In this document: in pieces, positions 27,881-41,193 of the stretch | Layout of the letters: each line of letters starts with the position of its first letter | How positions within the stretch are numbered: position 1 is the first letter of the stretch | Origin: Neocallimastix sp. 'constans' | Taxonomy: Eukaryota | Assembly (NCBI GenBank): GCA_050613775.1 | Contig: JBODTK010000012.1 | Coordinates: 310,001-374,000, forward strand | Length of the DNA stretch: 64,000 nt | Direction of reading: 5' to 3' | The notes under the pieces: model-generated | Told to the model about the DNA's origin: nothing | The model's input: the letters and a program-made list of their open reading frames with translations, nothing else | Database searches by the model: none | Translations under genes and position numbers: made by a program

Positions 27881-28229
27881 TAAATAATTATTGAAATATT
27901 TAATATTTTAATTAAATTTTAATAAAATTGGATAAATTTTTATTAAAATTTATTTTAGTATAATTATTCTCTAATATACTTAATATTTAAAAAAAAAAAA
28001 ATAAATATATATATATATATATATAATTGTTGAAAAAAATAATAAATATTATAATGAAAAATAATTATAATAATTTTATTTAAAAAAAAAAATATTATAT
28101 TTTCAAAATAAGATTTATATATATAATTTTAGTAAAATTATCCATTTATATTAATAATATTTTAATGAGTAATATGAATCATATATATAATTCAGAAATT
28201 TTAATTTTTTATAATATTATACCCAATAA

Positions 28230-28358
28230 AAACATATTAAAAGTAATCTTTTTGAATATTTTTACTTAGCATATTATATTAATACTTTAAAATATTACAA
28301 TTACTATGAAAAAAAAAACCCTTAAAAAAGGTTAAATTAATAAAAAAAATTATATGAA

Positions 28359-28396
<38 letters not shown>

Positions 28397-30492
28397 TAGT
28401 TCTGAAAATTTCCCATGATATATTCATGAATATTAATATTAGATCACATTTCTAATTAAGAAATCTTACTATAAAATTATTTATATTAAAAGTAATCTTT
28501 TAAATATTATTATTTTTATAAATATTTATAATATTTAATATTAAGAAAATTTTCCTTGAAAAAGTTTTAATATTTAAATATAAAAAAGGGAAATATATAA
28601 AATTTAATGTTATTTTTATTTTAAAAAATAAATAAATTTTATTTTATTATATTAATTTATTATATTATAATCATCCATTATATAGAATTTCAAATTTATT
28701 GATATAAATAATTTTTTTTGAAATAATATAATTAAATTTAATATAATTGGATAAAATTTTATTGAATTTTTTTATAATAAAATTTTGTTATAAAAATATA
28801 AAAATATAAATTACAAATAAATATTGATTTTATATAATTTTATTTTAAAAACTAAAATATTAATATATAAATATTAATTTATGAATATTAATGATAATAA
28901 TAAATTATATATAAAATATTAATATATAAATATTAATGTATGAATATTAATATTATAATAAATAATTATAATAATAATAATATTATTATAAAAAACATTA
29001 TTATTTTATCTAAAAACTATTTATATTTAAGTTTAGTGAATATTTGTTTATGAATATTTATATATATATATATATATTTTTATAAAAAGAAATTCAATTA
29101 TATTTATCTTATATTATTAAGTAAAACTTGTCATTTCAATACGGTTATTAAAAATATTGTATATCATATACTTTATAAATATTTTATACCTCATTTTTTA
29201 ATTTATTCAATAATTTTATTATTGTTAATAAGATAATAATTTTACATTTGGAAAATTTATTTAAATTTTATAAATTAACTATAAAAAAATTTATATAAAA
29301 AATCATAAAAAAAAAAAAAAAAAAAAAAGTGTTGAAAATTTCCCATATTAATTCAGAAATTTTAATTTTATATTATATTTTATAAAAAAATAAAATTTTA
29401 AGCATATTAAAAGTAATCTTTTAAATATTATTTATATAAATATTTAGAGTATTTAATTTAAGAAAAATTTACTTGGAAAAGTTTTAATATTTAAATATAA
29501 AATATAAAATAGGTATATAAATTTAATATTATTGTTACTTTACAAAATATAAAATTTATTTTATAAAACATTGCAAAATTTATTTGTATATATTTTAAAA
29601 ATTTTCAATTTTAATTTATATAATATTAAATACAATAAAAACATATTAAAAGTAATCTTTTTCAGTATTTTTACTTAGCATATTATATTAATACTTAAAA
29701 AAATTGAATTTTTATGGCATTGAAAATGGTTAATTTAATAAAAATTTATATAATAAATTAAAATAAAAAAAAAAATTAGTTCTGAAAATTTCCCATATAT
29801 AAATGATATATTAATGAATATTAATATTAAAATACATTTCTAATTCAGAATTTTTAATATATTATTACATATTTTATAAAAAATAAAATTTAAGCATATT
29901 AAAAGTAATCTTTTAAATATTATTATTTATATAAATATTTATAATATTTAATATTAATGAAAATTTTCCATGGAATGGTTTTATTATTTAAACATAAATT
30001 AATGATAAATATAAATTTTAATATTATTTCTATTTTAAATTAAAAAAATAAATTTTATTTTATAATTAATTTTAATTTATATAATATTATATATAATAGA
30101 AGCATATTAAAAGTAATTTTTTTGGAGTATTTTTACTTTGCATATTATATTAATATTTTGATATATTATTTGTTATTACTTTGAAAAAAATCCTTGAAAA
30201 AGGTTAAAATATTAGATTCAAAAAAAAAAAGTTTTTTTATATACATTGATAAAAAGTTATATAATTATTATAAAAAATAAATTAATTACTAATATTAATA
30301 ATTTTAATTTAGAAATATAATTAAAAATATTTTTTAATTTGACATTTTTATATAAAATATTTAAAATAAATTTTAATATAAAAGAACGAAATTTTTTTTT
30401 TTTTATTTTTTTTCTTCATTATAATTATATAATAATTATAAAATTAATTTAAGATAAAAATAATAAATATAAATTTGTAAATAAAATATAAT
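28230..30492 (+). promoter_or_regulatory. Repeat-built upstream region of transporter copy 1 with the reiterated motif ATTAAAAGTAAT(C/T)TTT
   Basis: Motif at ~28236, 28486, 29406, 29645, 29898, 30106. Companion motifs are GAAAATTTCCCAT and TTTTACTT(A/T)GCATATTATATTAATA. Homologous arrays precede copies 2-4. The regulatory role is inferred. Confidence 0.45.
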
Positions 30493-32013
30493 ATGAATTC
30501 TTTTCAATTTTTAGTGGCCGTGACCGCTTCGTTAGGTGGTCTTCTTTTCGGTTATGAATGTGGTGTCATGAATGTTGTCCTTGTAATGGATGCTTTCCGT
30601 ATTTTCTTCAAGTTCCATAATTGGAATGGTGATGCCCTTGATGAAAATGGTAAAGAAATTACTAATGATTCTCAAGAAAAATGGTATCGTGATTTAAAAG
30701 AAGCTGATAATAAAGCTACCCTCGAAGGTGTTATCACTTCAAGTTTCGTTCTCGGTGCTCTTTGTGGTGCTCTCATGGCTACTTATCTTGGTGAAAGATT
30801 CGGTCGTCAAAGAACCATCATGATCGGTGCTTGTATCTTCACTTGTGGTGCTATCATTCAAGGTTTATCTGTTCGTTCTTGGATTATGATTGCTATTGGT
30901 CGTCTTATCACTGGTCTTTCTATTGGATGTAATGGTGTCCTTTGTCCAACATACATTTCTGAAGTTGCTCCAGCTAAGATCAGAGGTACTCTTTCATCTT
31001 GCTACCAACTTATGACTACTTTCGGTATTATTGTTGCTGCCATCATTAATTCTATCGTTTGGTATTATACTAATATTAAACCAGAAGGATTAGGAGTGAA
31101 AAGATCAGATAAATGGGCAGAAGTTCCTAATTTCGAATGGAGATTTGCACTTTTATTCCAAGTAGTTCCAGGTCTTGGTCTTGCTATTCTTATGAGTTTC
31201 CTTCCAAAATCTCCAAGATGGTTATGTTCTAAAGATCGTGATGAAGAAGCTGCTGAAGTTTTAGCTAAACTTAATGCTACTTCTACTTCTGATTCTCTTG
31301 TTCAAGAAGAACTTAAAGCTATTCAAGAAGATGTTGCCGCTACTCGTGCTGCCGGTTCTTCTTCTGTCGGTGAACTTTTCAGTCCTGTTATTCGTCGTCG
31401 TACTTTCATTACTTTCTTAATGCAACTTTTCCAACAATGGACTGGTATTAATGTCATTATGTATTATCAATCTCAAATTTATGGTGAAATTGGATTTACT
31501 AAATTCATGTCCACTGTTGTTCTTCCAATCATTAACAACTTTGTCAATTTCATTTCAACCTTCCCAGGTATGTGGGGTATTGAAAAATTAGGACGTAAAA
31601 CTTTATTAGTTATTGGATCACTTATGATGATGGTATTCCATATTTCTACTTGGGCTTTCTCTACTCAAACCTACAAAGGAAAGTTATGGCAATATTTAGC
31701 AGTTGCTAGTATTTTCCTTATGGTCTTTTCTTTCGCTTGGACTTGGGGACCAGTTCCATGGGTTTATCAAGCTGAAGTTTTCCCACTTCGTGTCAGAGTT
31801 AAGGGTAGTGCTGTTGGTACAGTCTCTAACTTCCTTAACAATTGGATTATTGCATTTGTTGGACCAGCTCTTATGAAAGCATGGAGTACTAAGACTTTCC
31901 TTCTTTTTGCAGCTGCTTGTTTCCTCGCTTGGGTTTATTCTCAATTCTATGTTATTGAATGTAAGGGACTCAATCTTGAAGAAATGGATGCCAAGATGGC
32001 CGGAAAAGCTTAA
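30493..32013 (+). CDS. MFS sugar porter family transporter, copy 1
   Basis: 506 aa, intronless. Sugar-porter signatures: LGGLLFGYE.G, ERFGRQ, GRLITG..IG, YISEVAP..IRG, PKSPRWL, QQWTGIN.IMYY, EKLGRK, WGPVPW...AEVFP..VR, IECKGLNLEEM. Confidence 0.97.
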   Translation: MNSFQFLVAVTASLGGLLFGYECGVMNVVLVMDAFRIFFKFHNWNGDALDENGKEITNDSQEKWYRDLKEADNKATLEGVITSSFVLGALCGALMATYLGERFGRQRTIMIGACIFTCGAIIQGLSVRSWIMIAIGRLITGLSIGCNGVLCPTYISEVAPAKIRGTLSSCYQLMTTFGIIVAAIINSIVWYYTNIKPEGLGVKRSDKWAEVPNFEWRFALLFQVVPGLGLAILMSFLPKSPRWLCSKDRDEEAAEVLAKLNATSTSDSLVQEELKAIQEDVAATRAAGSSSVGELFSPVIRRRTFITFLMQLFQQWTGINVIMYYQSQIYGEIGFTKFMSTVVLPIINNFVNFISTFPGMWGIEKLGRKTLLVIGSLMMMVFHISTWAFSTQTYKGKLWQYLAVASIFLMVFSFAWTWGPVPWVYQAEVFPLRVRVKGSAVGTVSNFLNNWIIAFVGPALMKAWSTKTFLLFAAACFLAWVYSQFYVIECKGLNLEEMDAKMAGKA

Positions 32014-35000
32014 ATTTACTGAAAAGAATTCATAAATTTCAATGAAATTTTTAATAAATAAATTTCATTAAAATAATTAATTCAAAAAATTAATTTAAAA
32101 ATTAAAATTAAAAAAAAATATAAAATTAAATAAAAATTTAAAAAAAAAATATAAAAATATAAAAAATATTTAAATGTATATATATATAATACATATATTT
32201 ATATATATATATATAGTATAAAACAAAGCTAATCAAATATACAAAAAAACAAAATCGACTAAAAATTGAAAACTGTTCATTTTTTTAAAAAAAAAATTGA
32301 TAATAACTAATATATAATTTTTTATATAATAGTTTTATCATAAATATAGAATATAAAACTTAAACTTAACTTAAACTTAACTAAATAAATAATAAACAAT
32401 TGAAAAAAAAAAATTTAAATAAGTATTCTTTTTTATTTTTATAATTTTATATTATTATACTTTTTATATTTTTATTAAGGTATACAAATAATATATAAGA
32501 ATATATATATATATTTAATTACATTTTCATTTTTATTTTTTAATTAATATTTTCATTAGTTGTTGTTTTATTTGTAAATAATTTACAATTATATGATAAT
32601 TAAATTTTTTATATTCCTTTAAATATTAAAAAAATATAAAATAGAAAGATGGATTAATAGAAAGTAACAGATTCTATTAAAAATTAAAAAAAAATATACA
32701 TAAGTATTCTTTTTATTTTTATAATTTTTTATTATTATTATTTTATATTTTTATTAAGGTATACAAGTTATATATAAGAATATATATATATATATATAAT
32801 TACATTTTCATTTTTTTTAGTTAAAATTTTCAATAGATTGTTTTATTTGTAAATAATTTTTTTCATATGACTTTAATTATTAGAAAAAATTATAAAATAG
32901 AAACATGGATTAATAGAAAGTAACAGATTCAACTAATAATTAAAGATTATAATTATAAAAAATTATTTTTTATTATATTTTTAAAAATTATATTGAATTT
33001 TCTCTGTATTTGTATAATTATTTAATATCATAACAATAGAATAATTAAAATTTCGAATAAATACTAAAATATATATTAATGATAAAAGGCATAATTCAGT
33101 TTTTTATTTATAATTTTAATAATAATATTATTATTATATTTGTTTTAATTTATTTTTAAACTGTTAATTTTCTTATCATTTCTCTTATTATTTATTATGA
33201 AATATCTTATATAAAAAACTTTTTTTATTTATTATATAATCATTAATATATTAATTTAAATATATATAGAATTTCAATTATAATACTTTTTAATTAAAAT
33301 TTAATATAATTGGATAATTTATTACAAAAATTTATTTTTAATATAATTGATATAAAAAAAAAAAATATAAAACTCAAATAATAATAAATATTAAAATTCA
33401 TGAACTACACATATATTTTATTTAAAAAAAAATATATATTTGTTTAAAAAAAAATAAATATTATAATGAAAAATAATTATAATAATTTTATTAAAAATAA
33501 AATATTATATTTTCAAAATAAGATTATATAAATAATTTTAGTAAAATTATCCATATATATTAATAATATTTTAATGAGTAATAATATTTGATCATATATA
33601 TAATTCAGAAATTTTAATTTTTTATAATATTATACCCAATATAAACATATTAAAAGTAATCTTTTTGAATATTTTTACTTAGCATATTATATTAATACTT
33701 TAAAATATTACAATTACTATGAAAAAAAAACCCTTGAAAAAGGTTAAATTAATATAAAATTGTATGAAAAATTAAAAAAAAAAATTAGTTCTGAAAATTT
33801 CCCATGATATATTCATGAATATTAATATTAGATCACATTTCTAATTATGAAATTTTAATATAAAATTATTTATATTAAAAGTAATCTTTTAAATATTATT
33901 ATTTTTATAAATATTTATAATATTTAATATTAAGAAAATTTTCCTTGGAAAAGTTTTAATATTTAAATATAAAACAGGAAATATATAAAATTTAATGTTA
34001 TTTTTATTTTAAAAAATAAATAAATTTTATTTTATTATATTAATTTATTATATTATAATCATCCATTTATAAACTTAAATATATATAGAATTTCAAATTC
34101 ATTGATATAAATAATTTTTTTTGAAATAATTTAATTAAATTTAATATAATTGGATAAAATTTTATTAAATTTTTTTATAATAAAATTTGGTTATAAAAAT
34201 ATAAAAATATAAATTACAAATAAATATTGATTTTATATAATTTTATTTTTAAAAACTAAAATATTAATATATAATCATTAATGTTATAATAAATAATAAT
34301 AATAATATTATTATTATTATAAAAAACATTATTTTATCTAAAAAACTATTAACTATTTATATTTAAGTTTAGTAAATATTTATTTATGCATATTTATATA
34401 TATATATTTTAATAAAAAGAAATTCAATTAGATTTATCTTATATTATTAAGTAAAACATATCATTTAAATATGGTTATTAAAAATATTGTATATCATATA
34501 CTTTATAAATATTTTATACCGCATTTTTTAATTTATTCAATAATTTTATTATTGTTAATAAAATAATAATTTTACATTTGGTAAATTTATTTAAATTTTA
34601 TAAATTAACTATAAAAAAATTTATATAAAAAATCATAAACAAAAAAAAAAAAAAAAAAAAGTGTTGAAAATTTCCCATAATAATTCAGAAATTTTAATTT
34701 TATTATTAAAAATAAAATTTTAAGCATATTAAAAGTAATCTTTTAAATATTATTTATATAAATATTTAGAGTATTTAATATTAGAAATTTTTCCTTGGAA
34801 AAGTTTTAATATTTAAATATAAAATATAAAATATAAAATATGTATATAAATTTAATATTATTGTTACTTTACAAAATATAAAATTTATTTTATAAAACAT
34901 TGCAAAATTTATTTGTATATATTTTAAAAATTTTTAATTTTAATTTATATAATATTAAATACAATAAAAACATAATAAAAGTAATCTTTTTGAGTATTTT

Positions 35001-35840
35001 TACTTAGCATATTATATTAATACTTTAAAATATTAAATTACTATGGCAAAAAAAATCATTGAAAAAGGTTAAATTAGTAAAAAATTTTATAAAACATTAG
35101 AAAAAAAAAAAAAAAAAAAAATTAGTTTTGAAAATTTCTCATATATAAATGATATATTAATGAATATTAATATTAGATTTCATTTCTAATTCAGAATTTT
35201 TAATATATTATTACATATTTTATAAAAAATAAAATTTAAGAATATTAAAAGATATCTTTTAAATATTATTATTTATATAAATATTTATAATATTTAATAT
35301 TAATGAAAATTTTCCATGGAATGGTTTTATTATTTAAACATAAATTAATGATAAATATAAATTTTAATATTATTTCTATTTTAAATTAAAAAAATAAATT
35401 TTATTTTATAATTAATTTTAATTTATATAATATTATATATAATAGAAGCATATTAAAAGTAATTTTTTTGGAGTATTTTTACTTTGCATATTATATTAAT
35501 ATTTTGATATATTATTTGTTATTACTTTGAAAAAAATTCTTGAAAAAGGTTAAATATTAGATTCAAAAAAAAAAAAAATAGTTTTTTTATATACATTGAT
35601 AAAAAGTTATATAATTATTATATAAAATAAATTAATTACTTATATTAATAATTATATTTTAGAAATATAATTAAAAATATTTTTTAATTTGACATTTTTA
35701 TATAAAATATTTAAAATAAATTTTAATATAAAAGAACGAAATTTTCTTTAAATTTTTTTTTCTTCATTATAATTATATAATAATTATAAAATTAATTTAA
35801 GATAAAAATAATAAATATAAATTTGTAAATAAAATATAAT
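32014..35840 (+). repeat. Spacer between copies 1 and 2, duplicated almost exactly at 41194-44978
   Basis: Near-identical sequence by eye over most of its length. Gene offsets are 9180 (copy 1 to 3) and 9138 (copy 2 to 4). Confidence 0.92.
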
Positions 35841-37361
35841 ATGAATTCTTTTCAATTTTTAGTGGCCGTGACCGCTTCTTTAGGTGGTCTTCTTTTCGGT
35901 TATGAATGTGGTGTCATGAATGTTGTCCTTGTAATGGATGCTTTCCGTATTTTCTTCAAGTTCCATAATTGGAATGGTGATGCCCTTGATGAAAATGGTA
36001 AAGAAATTACTAATGATTCTCAAGAAAAATGGTATCGTGATTTAAAAGAAGCTGATAATAAAGCTACCCTCGAAGGTGTTATCACTTCAAGTTTCGTTCT
36101 CGGTGCTCTTTGTGGTGCTCTCATGGCTACTTATCTTGGTGAAAGATTCGGTCGTCAAAGAACCATCATGATCGGTGCTTGTATCTTCACTTGTGGTGCT
36201 ATCATTCAAGGTTTATCTGTTCGTTCTTGGATTATGATTGCTGTTGGTCGTCTTATCACTGGTCTTTCTATTGGTTGTAATGGTGTCCTTTGTCCAACAT
36301 ATATTTCTGAAGTTGCTCCAGCTAAGATCAGAGGTACTCTTTCATCTTGCTACCAACTTATGACTACTTTCGGTATTATTGTTGCTGCCATCATTAATTC
36401 TATCGTTTGGTATTATACTAATATTAAACCAGAAGGTTTAGGAGTGAAAAGATCAGATAAATGGGCAGAAGTTCCTAATTTCGAATGGAGATTTGCACTT
36501 TTATTCCAAGTAGTTCCAGGTCTTGGTCTTGCTATTCTTATGAGTTTCCTTCCAAAATCTCCAAGATGGTTATGTTCTAAAGATCGTGATGAAGAAGCTG
36601 CTGAAGTTTTAGCTAAACTTAATGCTACTTCTACTTCTGATTCTCTTGTTCAAGAAGAACTTAAAGCTATTCAAGAAGATGTTGCCGCTACTCGTGCTGC
36701 CGGTTCTTCTTCTGTCGGTGAACTTTTCAGTCCTATTATTCGTCGTCGTACTTTCATTACTTTCTTAATGCAACTTTTCCAACAATGGACTGGTATTAAT
36801 GTCATTATGTATTATCAATCTCAAATTTATGGTGAAATTGGTTTTACTAAATTCATGTCCACTGTTGTTCTTCCAATCATTAACAACTTTGTCAATTTCA
36901 TTTCAACCTTCCCAGGTATGTGGGGTATTGAAAAATTAGGACGTAAAACTTTATTAGTTATTGGATCACTTATGATGATGGTATTCCATATTTCTACTTG
37001 GGCTTTCTCTACTCAAACCTACAAAGGAAAGTTATGGCAATATTTAGCAGTTGCTAGTATTTTCCTTATGGTCTTTTCTTTCGCTTGGACTTGGGGACCA
37101 GTTCCATGGGTTTATCAAGCTGAAGTTTTCCCACTTCGTGTCAGAGTTAAGGGTAGTGCAGTTGGTACAGTCTCTAACTTCCTTAACAATTGGATTATTG
37201 CGTTTGTTGGACCAGCTCTTATGAAAGCATGGAGTACTAAGACTTTCCTTCTTTTTGCAGCTGCTTGTTTCCTCGCCTGGGTTTACTCTCAATTCTATGT
37301 TATTGAATGTAAGGGACTCAATCTTGAAGAAATGGATGCCAAGATGGCCGGAAAAGCTTAA
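35841..37361 (+). CDS. MFS sugar porter family transporter, copy 2
   Basis: As copy 1; differs by IAVGR (vs IAIGR) and SPIIRR (vs SPVIRR). Confidence 0.97.
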   Translation: MNSFQFLVAVTASLGGLLFGYECGVMNVVLVMDAFRIFFKFHNWNGDALDENGKEITNDSQEKWYRDLKEADNKATLEGVITSSFVLGALCGALMATYLGERFGRQRTIMIGACIFTCGAIIQGLSVRSWIMIAVGRLITGLSIGCNGVLCPTYISEVAPAKIRGTLSSCYQLMTTFGIIVAAIINSIVWYYTNIKPEGLGVKRSDKWAEVPNFEWRFALLFQVVPGLGLAILMSFLPKSPRWLCSKDRDEEAAEVLAKLNATSTSDSLVQEELKAIQEDVAATRAAGSSSVGELFSPIIRRRTFITFLMQLFQQWTGINVIMYYQSQIYGEIGFTKFMSTVVLPIINNFVNFISTFPGMWGIEKLGRKTLLVIGSLMMMVFHISTWAFSTQTYKGKLWQYLAVASIFLMVFSFAWTWGPVPWVYQAEVFPLRVRVKGSAVGTVSNFLNNWIIAFVGPALMKAWSTKTFLLFAAACFLAWVYSQFYVIECKGLNLEEMDAKMAGKA

Positions 37362-39672
37362 ATATTTAATGAAAAGAATTCATTAATTTCTATGAAATTG
37401 TTAATAAATAAATTTCATTAAAATAATTAATTCAAAAAAATTAATTTAAAAATTAAAATTAAAAAAAATATAAAATTAAATAAAAATAAAAATATAAAAA
37501 ATATAAAATATAAAAAATATTAAAAAATATATATAAAATATATATATTTATATATATATATTTATATATATAGTATAAAACAAAGCTAATCAAATGTACA
37601 AAAAATCAAAATCGACTAAAAATTGAAAACTGTTCATTTTTTTTAAAAAAAATTGATAATAACTAATATATAATATTTTATATAATAGTATTATCATAAA
37701 TATAGAATATAAAACTTAAACTTAACTTAAACTTAACTTAATAAATAATAAACAATTGTAAAAATAAATATATTTATATTTTTTTTCTTGTATATTTTGT
37801 ATTATTATGATTTTTTATTTTTATTAATATCTATTAGAATTATTTTTTTTTTTAATTTTTAATTACTTTTTTATTTTTATTTTTTTTATTTTTTTAATTA
37901 TATTTTCAATTGATTATTTTATTTGTGAATAATAAGGTTTTATTATTATTAAATATTTTATAAATTAAACTTTTAATTAATAGATTAATAGAAAGTAATA
38001 TTTTTTTTATTTATAAAAGATTATAATAATTATTAAGAATTATTAATTTTTATTATATATTTTAAAATTATATTGAATTTTCAATGTAATGGTAAAATTA
38101 TTTAATATCAAAACTACAGAATAATTAAATTTTTAAATAAATATCAAAATATTAATGATAAAAAGTATGATTCAAAATTTTATTTGTATTTCTAGTAATA
38201 TTATTATTATATTTATTTTAATTGTATTTATTTCTTGAACTGTTAATATCTAATTATTATTATTATTATTTTTCTTATAATTTTTCTTATAATTGTTATT
38301 ATAATTTTACTTATAAATTATAAATCATCTTAAAAACTTTTTTAATATATTATATAATTATTAATATATTAATTTAAATATATAAAGAATTTCAATTATT
38401 TCGACACAAATAACTTTTTTGAAATATTTTTTTTAATTAAAATTTAATATAATTGGATAAATTTTTATAAAAATTTATTTTTATAAAAATATAAAAATCA
38501 AATAATTATAAATATAAATATTAAAATTCATAAAGTACCAAAAATTAATATATTAAATTAAAAAAAATATAATTATTAAAAAATAATATAACTATTAAAA
38601 AAACAATAAATATTTCAAAAAAAAATATATATATATTACTTTTACTAAAAAGTGTTTATATATAATTTTAGTAAAATTTTCCATATATTAATTATATATT
38701 AATGAGTAATAATATTAGATTATATTTAAAATACAGAATTTTAACATTATATAATATATATTATAAAATAAAATTTATTTAATAATATTAAATTAAATAA
38801 AAACATACTAAAAGTAATCTTTTTGAGTATTTTTAATTAGCATATTATATTAATACTTAAAAAAATTGAATTTTTATGGCATTGAAAATGGTTAATTTAA
38901 TAAAAATTTATATAATAAATTAAAATAAAAAAAAAATTAGTTCTGAAAATTTCCCATATATAAATGATATATTAATGAATATTAATATTAGAATACATTT
39001 CTAATTCAGAAATTTTAATATAACTAATATATTTTATAAAAAATAAAATTTAAGCATATTAAAAGTAATCTTTTAAATACTATAATTTATATAAATATTT
39101 ATATTATTTAATATTAATAAAATTTTCCTTTGAAAAGTTTTATTATTTAAATCATTTTAATATTATTTTATTTAAAAAAAATTTATTTTAAAATATTTTG
39201 TATTAGTATTTTTTTTTTTTTAATGATTTAATTAAATTGTTTCAATTTTAATTTATATAAAATTAAATATAATAGAAAAATATTAAAAGTAATCTTTTGG
39301 AAAATTTTTACTTAGCATATTATATTAATACTAGAAAATATTAATTGCTATAATGATAGAAAAAACCTTTGAAAAATATTAAATATTAATAATAAATTCA
39401 AAATATATAATTATAAATACTGATTTAATTATATATTACTACTTTATAAATTAAAATAAAAAAAAAAATAATATTTATATTTATAATTTATAAATTTATT
39501 AAAAAATAATTATTAATTTATTGTTATGATATCGAATATTTAGAAAAAATTATTTTAATATAAAAGAGTGAAATTTTCTTTAAATATTTTTTTCTTCATT
39601 ATAATTATATAATAATTATAAATTTAATTTAAGATAAAAATAATAAATATTAATTTGTAAATAAAATATAAT

Positions 39673-41193
39673 ATGAATTCTTTTCAATTTTTAGTGGCCG
39701 TGACCGCTTCTTTAGGTGGTCTTCTTTTCGGTTATGAATGTGGTGTCATGAATGTTGTCCTCGTAATGGATGCTTTCCGTATTTTCTTCAAGTTCCATAA
39801 TTGGAATGGTGATGCCCTTGATGAAAATGGTAAAGAAATTACTAATGATTCTCAAGAAAAATGGTATCGTGATTTAAAAGAAGCTGATAATAAAGCTACC
39901 CTCGAAGGTGTTATCACTTCAAGTTTCGTTCTCGGTGCTCTTTGTGGTGCTCTCATGGCTACTTATCTTGGTGAAAGATTCGGTCGTCAAAGAACCATCA
40001 TGATCGGTGCTTGTATCTTCACTTGTGGTGCTATCATTCAAGGTTTATCTGTTCGTTCTTGGATTATGATTGCTATTGGTCGTCTTATCACCGGTCTTTC
40101 TATTGGTTGTAATGGTGTCCTTTGTCCAACATACATTTCTGAAGTTGCTCCAGCTAAGATCAGAGGTACTCTTTCATCTTGCTACCAACTTATGACTACT
40201 TTCGGTATTATTGTTGCTGCCATCATTAATTCTATCGTTTGGTATTATACTAATATTAAACCAGAAGGATTAGGAGTGAAAAGATCAGATATTTGGGCAG
40301 AAGTTCCTAATTTCGAATGGAGATTTGCACTTTTATTCCAAGTAGTTCCAGGTCTTGGTCTTGCTATTCTTATGAGTTTCCTTCCAAAATCTCCAAGATG
40401 GTTATGTTCTAAAGATCGTGATGAAGAAGCTGCTGAAGTTTTAGCTAAACTTAATGCTACTTCTACTTCTGATTCTCTTGTTCAAGAAGAACTTAAAGCT
40501 ATTCAAGAAGATGTTGCCGCTACTCGTGCTGCCGGTTCTTCTTCTGTCGGTGAACTTTTCAGTCCTGTTATTCGTCGTCGTACTTTCATTACTTTCTTAA
40601 TGCAACTTTTCCAACAATGGACTGGTATTAATGTCATTATGTATTATCAATCTCAAATTTATGGTGAAATTGGTTTTACTAAATTCATGTCCACTGTTGT
40701 TCTTCCAATTATTAACAATTTTGTCAATTTCATTTCAACCTTCCCAGGTATGTGGGGTATTGAAAAATTAGGACGTAAAACTTTATTAGTTATTGGATCA
40801 CTTATGATGATGGTATTCCATATTTCTACTTGGGCTTTCTCTACTCAAACCTACAAAGGAAAGTTATGGCAATATTTAGCAGTTGCTAGTATTTTCCTTA
40901 TGGTCTTTTCTTTCGCTTGGACTTGGGGACCAGTTCCATGGGTTTATCAAGCTGAAGTTTTCCCACTTCGTGTCAGAGTTAAGGGTAGTGCTGTTGGTAC
41001 AGTCTCTAACTTCCTTAACAATTGGATTATTGCGTTTGTTGGACCAGCTCTTATGAAAGCATGGAGTACTAAGACTTTCCTTCTTTTTGCAGCTGCTTGT
41101 TTCCTCGCCTGGGTTTATTCTCAATTCTATGTTATTGAATGTAAGGGACTCAATCTTGAAGAAATGGATGCCAAGATGGCCGGAAAAGCTTAA
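39673..41193 (+). CDS. MFS sugar porter family transporter, copy 3
   Basis: As copy 1; differs by SDIWAE (vs SDKWAE). Confidence 0.97.
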   Translation: MNSFQFLVAVTASLGGLLFGYECGVMNVVLVMDAFRIFFKFHNWNGDALDENGKEITNDSQEKWYRDLKEADNKATLEGVITSSFVLGALCGALMATYLGERFGRQRTIMIGACIFTCGAIIQGLSVRSWIMIAIGRLITGLSIGCNGVLCPTYISEVAPAKIRGTLSSCYQLMTTFGIIVAAIINSIVWYYTNIKPEGLGVKRSDIWAEVPNFEWRFALLFQVVPGLGLAILMSFLPKSPRWLCSKDRDEEAAEVLAKLNATSTSDSLVQEELKAIQEDVAATRAAGSSSVGELFSPVIRRRTFITFLMQLFQQWTGINVIMYYQSQIYGEIGFTKFMSTVVLPIINNFVNFISTFPGMWGIEKLGRKTLLVIGSLMMMVFHISTWAFSTQTYKGKLWQYLAVASIFLMVFSFAWTWGPVPWVYQAEVFPLRVRVKGSAVGTVSNFLNNWIIAFVGPALMKAWSTKTFLLFAAACFLAWVYSQFYVIECKGLNLEEMDAKMAGKA

